A stretch of DNA of 15,630 nt from the IMG/VR virus record IMGVR_UViG_2534681702_000002, one strand, 5' to 3'. Under the pieces are notes generated by a model. That model was not told the DNA's origin, did no database searches, and saw only the letters and a program-made list of their open reading frames with translations. The DNA comes from a virus. Its lineage: Duplodnaviria > Heunggongvirae > Uroviricota > Caudoviricetes. This document shows, in pieces, positions 1-7,713 of the stretch. The position numbers and the translations under genes were made by a program. How positions within the stretch are numbered: the first letter of the stretch is position 1; each line of letters opens with the position of its first letter.

Positions 1-1164
1 TTACGCCTTCTTTATATCCTCCATAATTCCAGAGTGGGACATATTTGGGACATTATCACCAAAAATGTCGTCTATTTTCCTCGCATGCTCTGTCAAATGA
101 TTAGGCGCAAGGTGAGCATACCTACGAACCATTTCTATGGACTCCCATCCGCCCATTTCCTGAAGCACTGATAATGGGACGCCTGACTGAATCAGCCAGC
201 TTGCCCAGGTGTGTCTGAGGTCATGGAAACGGAAATCTTCAATTCCTGCACGACGACAAGCTGATAGCCATGATGTCTTGCTGTCGATGCGCATCTTCCT
301 GACCGCAGGCGTTGATGTTCCATCTGCTCGCTTAGCCGCCTTGGTATGTACAAACACCCATTTGTGATGCTTGCCTATTTGATCACGCAACACTTTACAG
401 GCGGTATCGTTCAGCGCCACACCAATGGCGCGGTTTGATTTGCTCTCTTCTGGATTCACCCAGGCAACTCGTCGCTGCATGTCGATTTGTTGCCATTCCA
501 GATTTATGATGTTCGACTTTCTCAGACCAGTTGCCAGCGCAAACTTGACGACAGATTTCAGTGGTTCGGGGCACTCATCAATAAGGCGTTTTGCTTCCTC
601 CTTTTCCAGCCATCTGACTCGCTTGTTTCTGACCGCTGGTATCTTGATGACAGGCGCTTTTTCCAGCCACTTCCAGTCGCGTTCTGCAGCACGGAGAATG
701 GCCTTTATCATGGCAAGATGCTTTGCCTTTGTCTGAGTTGATACTGGCTTTGGTTCATAAACAGGCGGTTCTTTACCTTTCCTGATGGCGGCCTGAACTT
801 TCTGTTTCCATATTTCTTTCGTCTTTCTGTTATGCATTCTGCTTACAGCAGAGTAAATCTTTGCCTCCGAGATATCTTTAAGCCTTATACCCTCAAAATG
901 TTCAAGCCAGAACTCAATCCGGCTTTTATCTGAATCGAGAGATTTTTTATCAGCTTTTTCCTCAAGCCATCTTAGGCAGGCCTCTTCAAAAGTGACATCA
1001 GGTAAATCCCCTAGCTTTTCTACTCGCCAGAGTTCTGCTTTTCGCTTGTCGTGCAACTCCTGAGCTTGCCGCTTGTCCTTTGTGCCAAGAGATTCCTTAA
1101 TTCGTTTCCCGCCCGGGAGCGAATACGAGGCATACCATATTTCATTTCTGCGGAAGAGTGACAT
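1..1164 (-). CDS. intD: Phage tyrosine integrase (387 aa), DLP12 IntD-like
   Basis: Full-length minus-strand ORF with ATG at 1164..1162 and GAGGAAAG Shine-Dalgarno upstream. C-terminal region carries the tyrosine-recombinase catalytic motifs (HDLRHT...RRY). The sequence matches my recollection of E. coli K-12 IntD. Confidence 0.88.
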   Translation of the reverse strand: MSLFRRNEIWYASYSLPGGKRIKESLGTKDKRQAQELHDKRKAELWRVEKLGDLPDVTFEEACLRWLEEKADKKSLDSDKSRIEFWLEHFEGIRLKDISEAKIYSAVSRMHNRKTKEIWKQKVQAAIRKGKEPPVYEPKPVSTQTKAKHLAMIKAILRAAERDWKWLEKAPVIKIPAVRNKRVRWLEKEEAKRLIDECPEPLKSVVKFALATGLRKSNIINLEWQQIDMQRRVAWVNPEESKSNRAIGVALNDTACKVLRDQIGKHHKWVFVHTKAAKRADGTSTPAVRKMRIDSKTSWLSACRRAGIEDFRFHDLRHTWASWLIQSGVPLSVLQEMGGWESIEMVRRYAHLAPNHLTEHARKIDDIFGDNVPNMSHSGIMEDIKKA

Positions 1165-1391
1165 TTTCTTTCCTCTGTTATGCCATCACCCGCGCTCACC
1201 TGGACAGTATGCAGCGGAGACTGAAGCGCCGCAATGCAGGCTTGCCGTGTTGTGAGGTAAGGAGATTTTGGCTTGGTTGGATCTTTACGTGTTGCCTGTA
1301 GGCGGCCTGTTCGTATCCAGTTGGTGGCGGTTGGTCTGGATATCTTAAGAAACTGACAGGCCTCATCGAGTGTGAGGCTGTATGATTCCAT
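1020..1391 (-). CDS. xis: Excisionase-like DNA-binding protein (AlpA/Xis family), 123 aa from the ATG at 1391
   Basis: Minus-strand ORF directly upstream of int. ATG at 1391..1389 preceded by GAGGTAACC. N-terminus [31 protein letters not shown] is a typical Xis/AlpA helix-turn-helix. The 3' end overlaps int by 145 nt, which is unusually long for xis, so the C-terminal part may not be native. Confidence 0.6.
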   Translation of the reverse strand: MESYSLTLDEACQFLKISRPTATNWIRTGRLQATRKDPTKPKSPYLTTRQACIAALQSPLHTVQVSAGDGITEERKCHSSAEMKYGMPRIRSRAGNELRNLLAQRTSGKLRSCTTSEKQNSGE

Positions 1392-1641
1392 GGTTACCTC
1401 TGCTTTTTGAACGCATGTCACGTAACTTCTTAATGTGTTCTGCCGTTTCGATCTCTTCTGCTATCCGATCTGCATCAGCTTTATTCACAGGTTCAAAGTC
1501 ATGATTAAAGCGGAACATGCTGGCGATACATGTTCTGCCTTTTCGGATGTAGTGAACTTTGTTGTGGGTAGAACGCAGGATTTTGCAGGGAGTGCCGTGG
1601 TGGTCGACGTACCAGGTGTTAGGCAAAATGATTCTGAACAT
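1363..1641 (-). CDS. Hypothetical small phage protein (92 aa)
   Basis: Minus-strand ORF with ATG at 1641..1639 and a GAGGTG Shine-Dalgarno 7 nt upstream. Its last ~9 codons overlap the xis start. No recognisable motif. Confidence 0.4.
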   Translation of the reverse strand: MFRIILPNTWYVDHHGTPCKILRSTHNKVHYIRKGRTCIASMFRFNHDFEPVNKADADRIAEEIETAEHIKKLRDMRSKSRGNHGIIQPHTR

Positions 1642-1654
1642 TTTTACACCTCAG

Positions 1655-1714
1655 TTGGAAGGTATGGCGAAAACACAGGTTATGTGGCTGAAAGAGGGGA
1701 TTATTAAGGCGTGA
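1655..1714 (+). pseudogene. 3' remnant (~19 codons) of the gene normally upstream of rusA (ybcO-like), lacking a start codon
   Basis: The frame ending at TGA 1712..1714, overlapping the rusA GTG, translates ...[19 protein letters not shown]. This resembles the C-terminus of the small protein I recall preceding rusA in K-12 (ybcO). The similarity is lost upstream of about 1655. Confidence 0.3.
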
Positions 1715-2073
1715 ATACCTACAGCATCACATTACCCTGGCCTCCGAGCAATAATCGCTATTACCGCCATAATCGCGGGCGCACGCACGTCAGCGCAGAG
1801 GGGCAGGCATACCGCGATAACGTCGCCAGAATCATTAAAAACGCAATGCTGGATATCGGCCTGGCTATCCCTGTGAAAATCCGCATTGAGTGCCACATGC
1901 CGGATCGCCGTCGCCGTGACCTGGATAATCTGCAAAAAGCCGCTTTTGACGCACTCACTAAAGCAGGTTTCTGGCTGGATGATGCTCAGGTCGTTGATTA
2001 CCGCGTTGTGAAGATGCCTGTTACCAAAGGTGGGAGGCTGGAACTGACCATCACCGAAATGGGGAATGAATGA
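1711..2073 (+). CDS. rusA: Holliday-junction resolvase RusA (120 aa), GTG start
   Basis: ORF translation [37 protein letters not shown]... matches recalled RusA over its full length. GTG start at 1711 with AGAGGGG upstream. Confidence 0.92.
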   Translation: MNTYSITLPWPPSNNRYYRHNRGRTHVSAEGQAYRDNVARIIKNAMLDIGLAIPVKIRIECHMPDRRRRDLDNLQKAAFDALTKAGFWLDDAQVVDYRVVKMPVTKGGRLELTITEMGNE

Positions 2074-2210
2074 TGTTTGAGTTTAATATGGCAGAACTTC
2101 TTCGCCACCGCTGGATGCGCCTGCGCTTATATCGTTTCCCCAGTTCTGTTTTGACCGATTACCGAATACTGAGGAATTACGCCAAAACCCTGACAGGAGC
2201 AGGAGTATGA
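2070..2210 (+). CDS. ylcG: Small protein YlcG-like (46 aa)
   Basis: Not in the ORF track because it is under 60 aa. ATGATG at 2070 overlaps the rusA stop. Translation [46 protein letters not shown] matches recalled YlcG in sequence and in position between rusA and Q. Confidence 0.6.
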   Translation: MMFEFNMAELLRHRWMRLRLYRFPSSVLTDYRILRNYAKTLTGAGV

Positions 2211-2295
2211 AGTCAGAGATAACAATCAACTAATACTGTTTTATTGATTTTTGCTTGTAATTGGCGTTCTGGTCTGATTTTTGTGGAGTAAGTTG

Positions 2296-2679
2296 ATGCG
2301 TGATATTCAGATGGTTCTTGAGCGTTGGGGAGCGTGGGCGGCTAATAATCATGAAGATGTGACCTGGTCGTCCATTGCCGCCGGTTTTAAGGGATTAATT
2401 ACTTCAAAAGTAAAATCTCGCCCGCAATGTTGTGACGATGACGCGATGATCATTTGCGGGTGCATGGCCCGTCTGAAAAAGAACAACAGCGATTTGCACG
2501 ATTTATTAGTAGATTATTATGTAGTCGGTATGACATTCATGTCACTGGCAGGTAAGCATTGCTGCTCTGATGGTTATATCGGGAAAAGGTTACAGAAGGC
2601 TGAGGGCATAATTGAAGGGATGTTAATGGCATTAGATATCCGGTTAGAGATGGATATCGTTGTTAATAACTCTAATTAA
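2296..2679 (+). CDS. quuD: Late-gene antiterminator Q (127 aa), phage 82/21-type
   Basis: ATG at 2296 with GGAG upstream (the track ORF begins earlier at a TTG). Cysteine-rich region ([24 protein letters not shown]) typical of Q-family proteins. Lies between rusA/ylcG and the lysis genes as in lambdoid phages. Confidence 0.8.
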   Translation: MRDIQMVLERWGAWAANNHEDVTWSSIAAGFKGLITSKVKSRPQCCDDDAMIICGCMARLKKNNSDLHDLLVDYYVVGMTFMSLAGKHCCSDGYIGKRLQKAEGIIEGMLMALDIRLEMDIVVNNSN

Positions 2680-2695
2680 TATGCCAATTGTTTAC

Positions 2696-2731
2696 TAAAA
2701 ATTATTAAAAATGGGGCGTTGAGACGCCCCC
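2696..2731 (-). terminator. Putative rho-independent terminator for minus-strand (nmpC) transcripts
   Basis: Perfect inverted repeat GGGGCG-ttgaga-CGCCCC at 2713..2730, followed on the minus strand by AUUUUUAAUAAUUUUU. Confidence 0.5.
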
Positions 2732-2820
2732 AAAAATAAAGGGTAATATATAACAGAAGGTTTATATAGTTAGAAGCAAGGTTGTGCTTCTAAAGGAAGT
2801 GGCTTGAGGGAGCCACTTAT

Positions 2821-2858
2821 ATGTTGGGGAGGCAAAGCCTCCCGCAACATATCTTTTT
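2821..2858 (+). terminator. Putative rho-independent terminator downstream of Q (tR'-like)
   Basis: Inverted repeat ATGTTGGGGAGGC-aaa-GCCTCCCGCAACAT at 2821..2850, followed by a TCTTTTT tract on the plus strand. Two further short hairpins lie at 2771..2792 and 2797..2820. Confidence 0.5.
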
Positions 2859-2868
2859 CGTAATCAGA

Positions 2869-3951
2869 TTAGAACTGATACACCAGACCTACAGCGACGA
2901 TGTCGTCGGTATCAATACCAGCTGTTTTGGTAAACTTACTATCGTCAATTAAGTTGATTTTGTAATCAACAAAAGTGGACATGTTTTTATTAAAGTAGTA
3001 AGTAGCACCGACATCGACATACTTGACTAAGTCTCGGTCACCATGAACACCAAGGTCTTTACCTTTTGACTGAAGGTAAGCAACAGATGGTCGCAGACCG
3101 AAGTCAAACTGATATTGTGCTACTGCTTCAAAGTTTTGTGCTTTGTTTGCAATATGGTTATTACCAAAAACGGTCATATTCTGAGTTTCAGAATATGTGG
3201 TAGCCAGATAGATATTGTTCGCATCATATTTCAGGCCTGCAGCCCATACTTCCGCATTTTTGCCGGAGGCATTGAATTTGCTCTTACCATAGGCGACCTG
3301 ACCGTCAGTGCGATCTGATTTAGCATAGGTTGCACCCACGCCGAATCCTTCATACTCATAAGTAGTGGAGAAACCGAAACCATCACCATTGGCTTCAGTT
3401 ACGTCAGTGCGGTCATTTTTACCCTGATACTGAGCAGCAAAGTTCAGGCCATCGACCAGACCAAAGAAGTCGTTGTTACGATAGGTTGCAACACCAGTGG
3501 TGCGACCAGTCATGAACACATCTGTTTGGGTCCAGGTATCGCCACCGAATTCTGGCAGAACGTCAGTCCACGCACCGATGTCGTATGCTACACCGTAGTT
3601 ACGGCCGTAATCGATTGAGCCGTAGTCACCGAATTTCAGGCCTGCAAATGCAAGACGGGTTTTGTCTTTGGAGGAACCTTGAGATTCAGCGCGGTTGCCT
3701 TTGAATTCATATTCCCACTGACCGAAACCAGTCAGTTGATCGTTGATTTGGGTTTCACCTTTGAAGCCAAGACGGGCATAAGTAGTATCACCATCATCTG
3801 CATCGTTAGAGGAAAAGTAGTGCTTGGCATTAACTTTCCCGTACAGATCCAGCTTGTTACTGTCTTTATTATAAATTTCAGCTGCCTGAGCAGACATCGT
3901 CATCAGTACTGATGCAGCTACAGCAGAAATTGCCACTGTTAATTTTTTCAT
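2869..3951 (-). CDS. nmpC: Outer-membrane porin, OmpC/Lc family (NmpC-like), 360 aa, apparently intact
   Basis: Signal peptide [23 protein letters not shown] followed by [16 protein letters not shown] and a C-terminal ...AVGLVYQF beta-barrel terminus. This is the classic general-porin signature and matches recalled NmpC/Lc. Confidence 0.85.
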   Translation of the reverse strand: MKKLTVAISAVAASVLMTMSAQAAEIYNKDSNKLDLYGKVNAKHYFSSNDADDGDTTYARLGFKGETQINDQLTGFGQWEYEFKGNRAESQGSSKDKTRLAFAGLKFGDYGSIDYGRNYGVAYDIGAWTDVLPEFGGDTWTQTDVFMTGRTTGVATYRNNDFFGLVDGLNFAAQYQGKNDRTDVTEANGDGFGFSTTYEYEGFGVGATYAKSDRTDGQVAYGKSKFNASGKNAEVWAAGLKYDANNIYLATTYSETQNMTVFGNNHIANKAQNFEAVAQYQFDFGLRPSVAYLQSKGKDLGVHGDRDLVKYVDVGATYYFNKNMSTFVDYKINLIDDSKFTKTAGIDTDDIVAVGLVYQF

Positions 3952-4539
3952 CGTGAGCCCTTTTTTTTGAACTATTATTAAAAAATGATGTCACTGCGCG
4001 ATAAATATTCATCTAATCAATGTGATTATTTCAAGATGTAAGTTTTAGTTTCTCATTTAATTTGTGAAGTAGATCTCTATTTTTATCTGAACTTTTTCTA
4101 TCGAAACCTATTTATGGCTCTTATTTGAACAAAAATAAACCTATTAGCTAATTTATATTAATGGCTGTTATTTATGGGGGGGCTATAATTCGGTGGTTTA
4201 ATTTAAATCAACTAAAAATAACGCCGGAAATTATTTATTGGTTATTTGTTGAGGTTTTCTTATATATTTGTGGTGGTGTTTTGAACACTCGGTAGCATTC
4301 TCATAAATATCATTCAGTGGTTTACGTACGTAAAAAATTGGTTATGCTGTTAAGAGTGGTTACTTCGTCACACAGCTTAAACCCGCCGTCGAGCTGGTTT
4401 TTCCATTTTTTGAGTCTCGATATTAGCTGATAACTCAATACCTGAGTTATTCACTGACTCCGAGTCTGTTACGTTTCTGCTTTTTTGCGATACGTTGTAT
4501 TCCCTCAATTTACACCCGCTTTGTCTGCGAGGTGGGGTT

Positions 4540-4755
4540 ATGAAATCCATGGATAAGTTAACAACGGGTGTCGCCTATGGCACCTCAGCAGGTAGTGCCG
4601 GTTACTGGTTTTTACAGCTGCTCGATAAAGTCACGCCCTCACAGTGGGCAGCAATAGGTGTGCTGGGTAGCCTGGTATTTGGCCTGCTGACGTACCTGAC
4701 AAACCTTTATTTCAAGATTAAAGAAGATAAGCGCAAGGCTGCGAGAGGTGAATAA
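4540..4755 (+). CDS. essD: Class II holin (pinholin), S21-like, 71 aa
   Basis: [71 protein letters not shown] matches recalled phage 21 S / EssD. Real start is the ATG at 4540, inside the longer track ORF. Confidence 0.85.
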
Positions 4756-5252
4756 TGCCTCCATAATTACGAAAAGCCGTTGCTGCTGCTATTGGTGGCG
4801 GAGCAATTGCTATAGCATCAGTGTTAATCACTGGCCCAAGTGGTAACGATGGTCTGGAAGGTGTCAGCTACATACCATACAAAGATATTGTTGGTGTATG
4901 GACTGTATGTCACGGGCATACAGGAAAAGACATCATGCTCGGTAAAACGTATACCAAAGCAGAATGCAAAGCCCTCCTGAATAAAGACCTTGCCACGGTC
5001 GCCAGACAAATTAACCCGTACATAAAAGTTGATATACCGGAAACAACGCGCGGCGCTCTTTACTCGTTCGTTTACAACGTGGGCGCTGGCAATTTCAGAA
5101 CATCGACGCTTCTTCGCAAAATAAACCAGGGCGATATCAAAGGCGCATGTGATCAGCTACGTCGCTGGACATATGCTGGCGGTAAGCAATGGAAAGGTCT
5201 CATGACTCGTCGTGAGATTGAGCGTGAAATCTGTTTGTGGGGTCAGCAATGA
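4755..5252 (+). pseudogene. rrrD: SAR-endolysin (R21/RrrD-type lysozyme) with an in-frame TAA at codon 4; only a GTG at 4821 could restart, giving a 143-aa product without the N-terminal SAR domain
   Basis: The ATG at 4755..4757 overlaps the holin stop (TAATG coupling) and is followed by CCT CCA TAA. The same frame continues as [32 protein letters not shown]... (SAR hydrophobic segment) into the lysozyme domain. Recalled RrrD starts [12 protein letters not shown]..., so codon 4 TCA has become TAA. Confidence 0.6.
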
Positions 5253-5710
5253 ACAGAGTAACCGCGATTATCTCCGCTCTGGTTATCTGCATCATCGTCT
5301 GCCTGTCATGGGCTGTTAATCATTACCGTGATAACGCCATTACCTACAAAGCCCAGCGCGACAAAAATGCCAGAGAACTGAAGCTGGCGAACGCGGCAAT
5401 TACTGACATGCAGATGCGCCAGCGTGATGTTGCTGCACTGGATGAAAAATACACGAAGGAGTTAGCTAATGCGAAAGCTGAAAATGATGCTCTGCGTGAT
5501 GATGTTGCCGCTGGTCGTCGTCGGTTGCACATCAAAGCAGTCTGTCAGTCAGTGCGTGAAGCCACCACCGCCTCCGGCGTGGATAATGCAGCCTCCCCCC
5601 GACTGGCAGACACCGCTGAACGGGATTATTTCACCCTCAGAGAGAGGCTGATCACTATGCAAAAACAACTGGAAGGAACCCAGAAGTATATTAATGAGCA
5701 GTGCAGATAG
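5249..5710 (+). CDS. rzpD: Spanin inner-membrane subunit Rz (153 aa)
   Basis: ATG at 5249 overlaps the rrrD stop. N-terminal transmembrane segment followed by coiled-coil sequence. Matches recalled RzpD. Confidence 0.85.
   Translation: MNRVTAIISALVICIIVCLSWAVNHYRDNAITYKAQRDKNARELKLANAAITDMQMRQRDVAALDEKYTKELANAKAENDALRDDVAAGRRRLHIKAVCQSVREATTASGVDNAASPRLADTAERDYFTLRERLITMQKQLEGTQKYINEQCR
5469..5651 (+). CDS. rzoD: Spanin outer-membrane lipoprotein Rz1 (60 aa), embedded in rz in the +1 frame
   Basis: Lipoprotein signal with lipobox LVVVGC, followed by a proline-rich mature region ([15 protein letters not shown]). Entirely nested within rzpD. Confidence 0.8.
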   Translation: MRKLKMMLCVMMLPLVVVGCTSKQSVSQCVKPPPPPAWIMQPPPDWQTPLNGIISPSERG

Positions 5711-5741
5711 AGCTGCCCATATCGATGGGCAACTCATGCAA

Positions 5742-6035
5742 TTATTGTGAGCAATACACACGCGCTTCCAGCGGAGTATAAATGCCTAAAGTAATAAAAC
5801 CGAGCAATCCATTTACGAATGTTTGCTGGGTTTCTGTTTTAACAACATTTTCTGCGCCGCCACAAATTTTGGCTGCATCAACAGTTTTCTCCTGTCCAAT
5901 TCCCGAAACGAAGAAGTGATGGGTGATGGTTTCCTTTGGTGTTACTGCTGTCGGTTTGTTTCCAACAGTAAACGTCTGTTGAGCACATCCTGTAATAAGC
6001 ATTGCCAGAGCGGCAGAAAACAACATTTTTTTCAT
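5742..6035 (-). CDS. borD: Bor lipoprotein (serum-resistance family), 97 aa
   Basis: Real start is MKKMLFSAALAMLITGC..., inside the longer track ORF. Lipobox LITGC. Matches recalled lambda Bor / BorD. Confidence 0.85.
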   Translation of the reverse strand: MKKMLFSAALAMLITGCAQQTFTVGNKPTAVTPKETITHHFFVSGIGQEKTVDAAKICGGAENVVKTETQQTFVNGLLGFITLGIYTPLEARVYCSQ

Positions 6036-6394
6036 CTTATTATCCTGCATTGTTAAAAACGGCAGAATCCTATGTGACAACAATTAAACGATAGTTAAAT
6101 GGATTGATGAAAATTAAAACTATATAGGTGGATGCTCAGCCTATTGGAGGAGGGGGGCACTCAGAATCCTGTGGAATGAAATAAACCGCTCTTTCTGTCC
6201 ATTACCCTTTTAGCTGCGCTGTATCGTCGCCGTATTCCCGCATTAACCATGACCGTAGCCCGACGGGGAATTCCTTCTGCGTGAGTGTGCGGGAATAATC
6301 AAAAACGATGCACACCGGGTTTTACTGTGCTGACAGACGCAGGGTTACCCTCATAGTCGCTTTTCCGGTGCGATGGTGGAAGAAACCGGGATGT

Positions 6395-6589
6395 TTATTC
6401 ATCATCACTCTGGATTGATGTATATGCTCTCTTTTCTGACGTTAGTCTCCGACGGCAGGCTTCAATGACCCAGGCTGAGAAATTCCCAGACCCTTTTTGC
6501 TCAAGAGCGATGTTAATTTGTTCAATCATTTGGTTAGGAAAGCGGATGTTGCGGGTTGTTGTTCTGCGGGTTCTGTTCTTCGTTGACAT
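6395..6589 (-). CDS. ylcI: Small basic protein (64 aa), YlcI-like (DUF3950-type); possible ribbon-helix-helix DNA binder
   Basis: Arginine-rich N-terminus MSTKNRTRRTTTRNIRFPNQMIEQINIALEQKGSGNFSAWVIEACRRRL. Sits immediately upstream of cos/nohD, where I recall ylcI in K-12. The assignment is from memory. Confidence 0.45.
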   Translation of the reverse strand: MSTKNRTRRTTTRNIRFPNQMIEQINIALEQKGSGNFSAWVIEACRRRLTSEKRAYTSIQSDDE

Positions 6590-6749
6590 GAGGTTGCCCC
6601 GTATTCAGTGTCGCTGATTTGTATTGTCTGAAGTTGTTTTTACGTTAAGTTGATGCAGATCAATTAATACGATACCTGCGTCATAATTGATTATTTGACG
6701 TGGTTTGATGGCGTAGATGCACGTTGTGACATGTAGATGATAATTATTA

Positions 6750-6977
6750 TCATTTTGCGGGTCCTTTCCGGCGATCCGACAGGTTACGGGGCGGCGACCT
6801 CGCGGGTTTTCGCTATTTATGAAAATTTTCCGGTTTAAGGCATTTCCGTTCTTCTTCGTCGTAACTTAATGTTTTTATTTAAAATACCCCCTGAAAAGAA
6901 AGGAAACGACAGGTGCTGAAAACGAGCTTTTGGGCCTCTGTCGTTTCCTTTCTCTGTTTTTGGCCGTGGAATGAACA
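6750..6977. other. Lambda-type cos site (cosQ-cosN-cosB) with lambda right-end-like flank
   Basis: GGGCGGCGACCT, the lambda 12-nt cohesive-end sequence, lies at 6789..6800. It is preceded by ...CCGACAGGTTACG (lambda right terminus) and followed by CGCGGGTTTTCGCTATTTATGAAAATTTTCCGGTTTAAGG... (lambda left-end cosB region), running up to the Nu1 start. Recognition is against the lambda sequence as I remember it. Confidence 0.8.
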
Positions 6978-7523
6978 ATGGAAGTCAACAAAAAGCAGCT
7001 GGCTGACATTTTCGGTGCGAGTATCCGTACCATTCAGAACTGGCAGGAACAGGGAATGCCCGTTCTGCGAGGCGGTGGCAAGGGTAATGAGGTGCTTTAT
7101 GACTCTGCCGCCGTTATAAGATGGTATGCCGAAAGGGATGCTGAAATTGAGAACGAAAAGCTGCGCCGGGAAGTTGAAGAACTGCGGCAGGCCAGCGAGA
7201 CAGATCTCCAGCCAGGGACTATTGAGTACGAACGCCATCGACTTACGCGTGCGCAGGCCGACGCACAGGAGCTGAAAAATGCCAGAGACTCCGCTGAAGT
7301 GGTGGAAACCGCATTCTGTACTTTCGTGCTGTCGCGGATCGCAGGTGAAATTGCCAGTATTCTCGACGGGATCCCCCTGTCGGTGCAGCGGCGTTTTCCG
7401 GAACTGGAAAACCGACATGTTGATTTCCTGAAACGGGATATCATCAAAGCCATGAACAAAGCAGCCGCGCTGGATGAACTGATACCGGGGTTGCTGAGTG
7501 AATATATCGAACAGTCAGGTTAA
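6978..7523 (+). CDS. nohD: Terminase small subunit Nu1 (181 aa)
   Basis: MEVNKKQLADIFGASIRTIQNWQEQGMPVLRGGGKGNEVLYDSAAVIRWYAERD... is near-identical to recalled lambda Nu1 across its length. Confidence 0.92.
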   Translation: MEVNKKQLADIFGASIRTIQNWQEQGMPVLRGGGKGNEVLYDSAAVIRWYAERDAEIENEKLRREVEELRQASETDLQPGTIEYERHRLTRAQADAQELKNARDSAEVVETAFCTFVLSRIAGEIASILDGIPLSVQRRFPELENRHVDFLKRDIIKAMNKAAALDELIPGLLSEYIEQSG

Positions 7524-7713
7524 CAGGCTGCGGCATTTTGTCCGCGCCGGGCTTCGCTCACTGTTCAGGCCGGAGCCACAGACCGCCGTTGAATGGGCGG
7601 ATGCTAATTACTATCTCCCGAAAGAATCCGCATACCAGGAAGGGCGCTGGGAAACACTGCCCTTTCAGCGGGCCATCATGAATGCGATGGGCAGCGACTA
7701 TAACTGTTATTAA
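7498..7713 (+). pseudogene. Terminase large subunit (gpA) N-terminal fragment, about 66 native codons then divergence and a stop
   Basis: MNISNSQVNRLRHFVRAGLRSLFRPEPQTAVEWADANYYLPKESAYQEGRWETLPFQRAIMNAMGSDY matches the recalled lambda gpA N-terminus. Downstream of about 7700 the sequence is unrelated (NCY*). The start overlaps the Nu1 end as in lambda. Confidence 0.85.

Noticed and set aside
425-741. Plus-strand ORFs of 103 aa and 84 aa inside the integrase gene
   Set aside because: Antisense to a full-length, well-supported integrase; no independent support.
1435-1707. 90-aa plus-strand ORF antisense to the 92-aa hypothetical gene
   Set aside because: It has no convincing start context and is in a different frame from the ybcO-like remnant. 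I kept the minus-strand ORF, which has an ATG and GAGGTG site, though neither is strongly supported.
3115-3912. Plus-strand ORFs of 67 aa and 77 aa inside nmpC, and similar short antisense ORFs inside the lysis genes and bor (4824..5009, 5344..5535, 5549..5761, 5823..6056)
   Set aside because: All are antisense to genes with clear protein-level identity and lack start signals.
6879-7418. 179-aa minus-strand ORF lying entirely inside nohD (Nu1), plus the 120-aa ORF at 7097..7459
   Set aside because: Antisense to a gene whose protein matches lambda Nu1 throughout. No ribosome-binding site and a low-complexity Arg/Ser-rich translation. Most likely a chance open frame.
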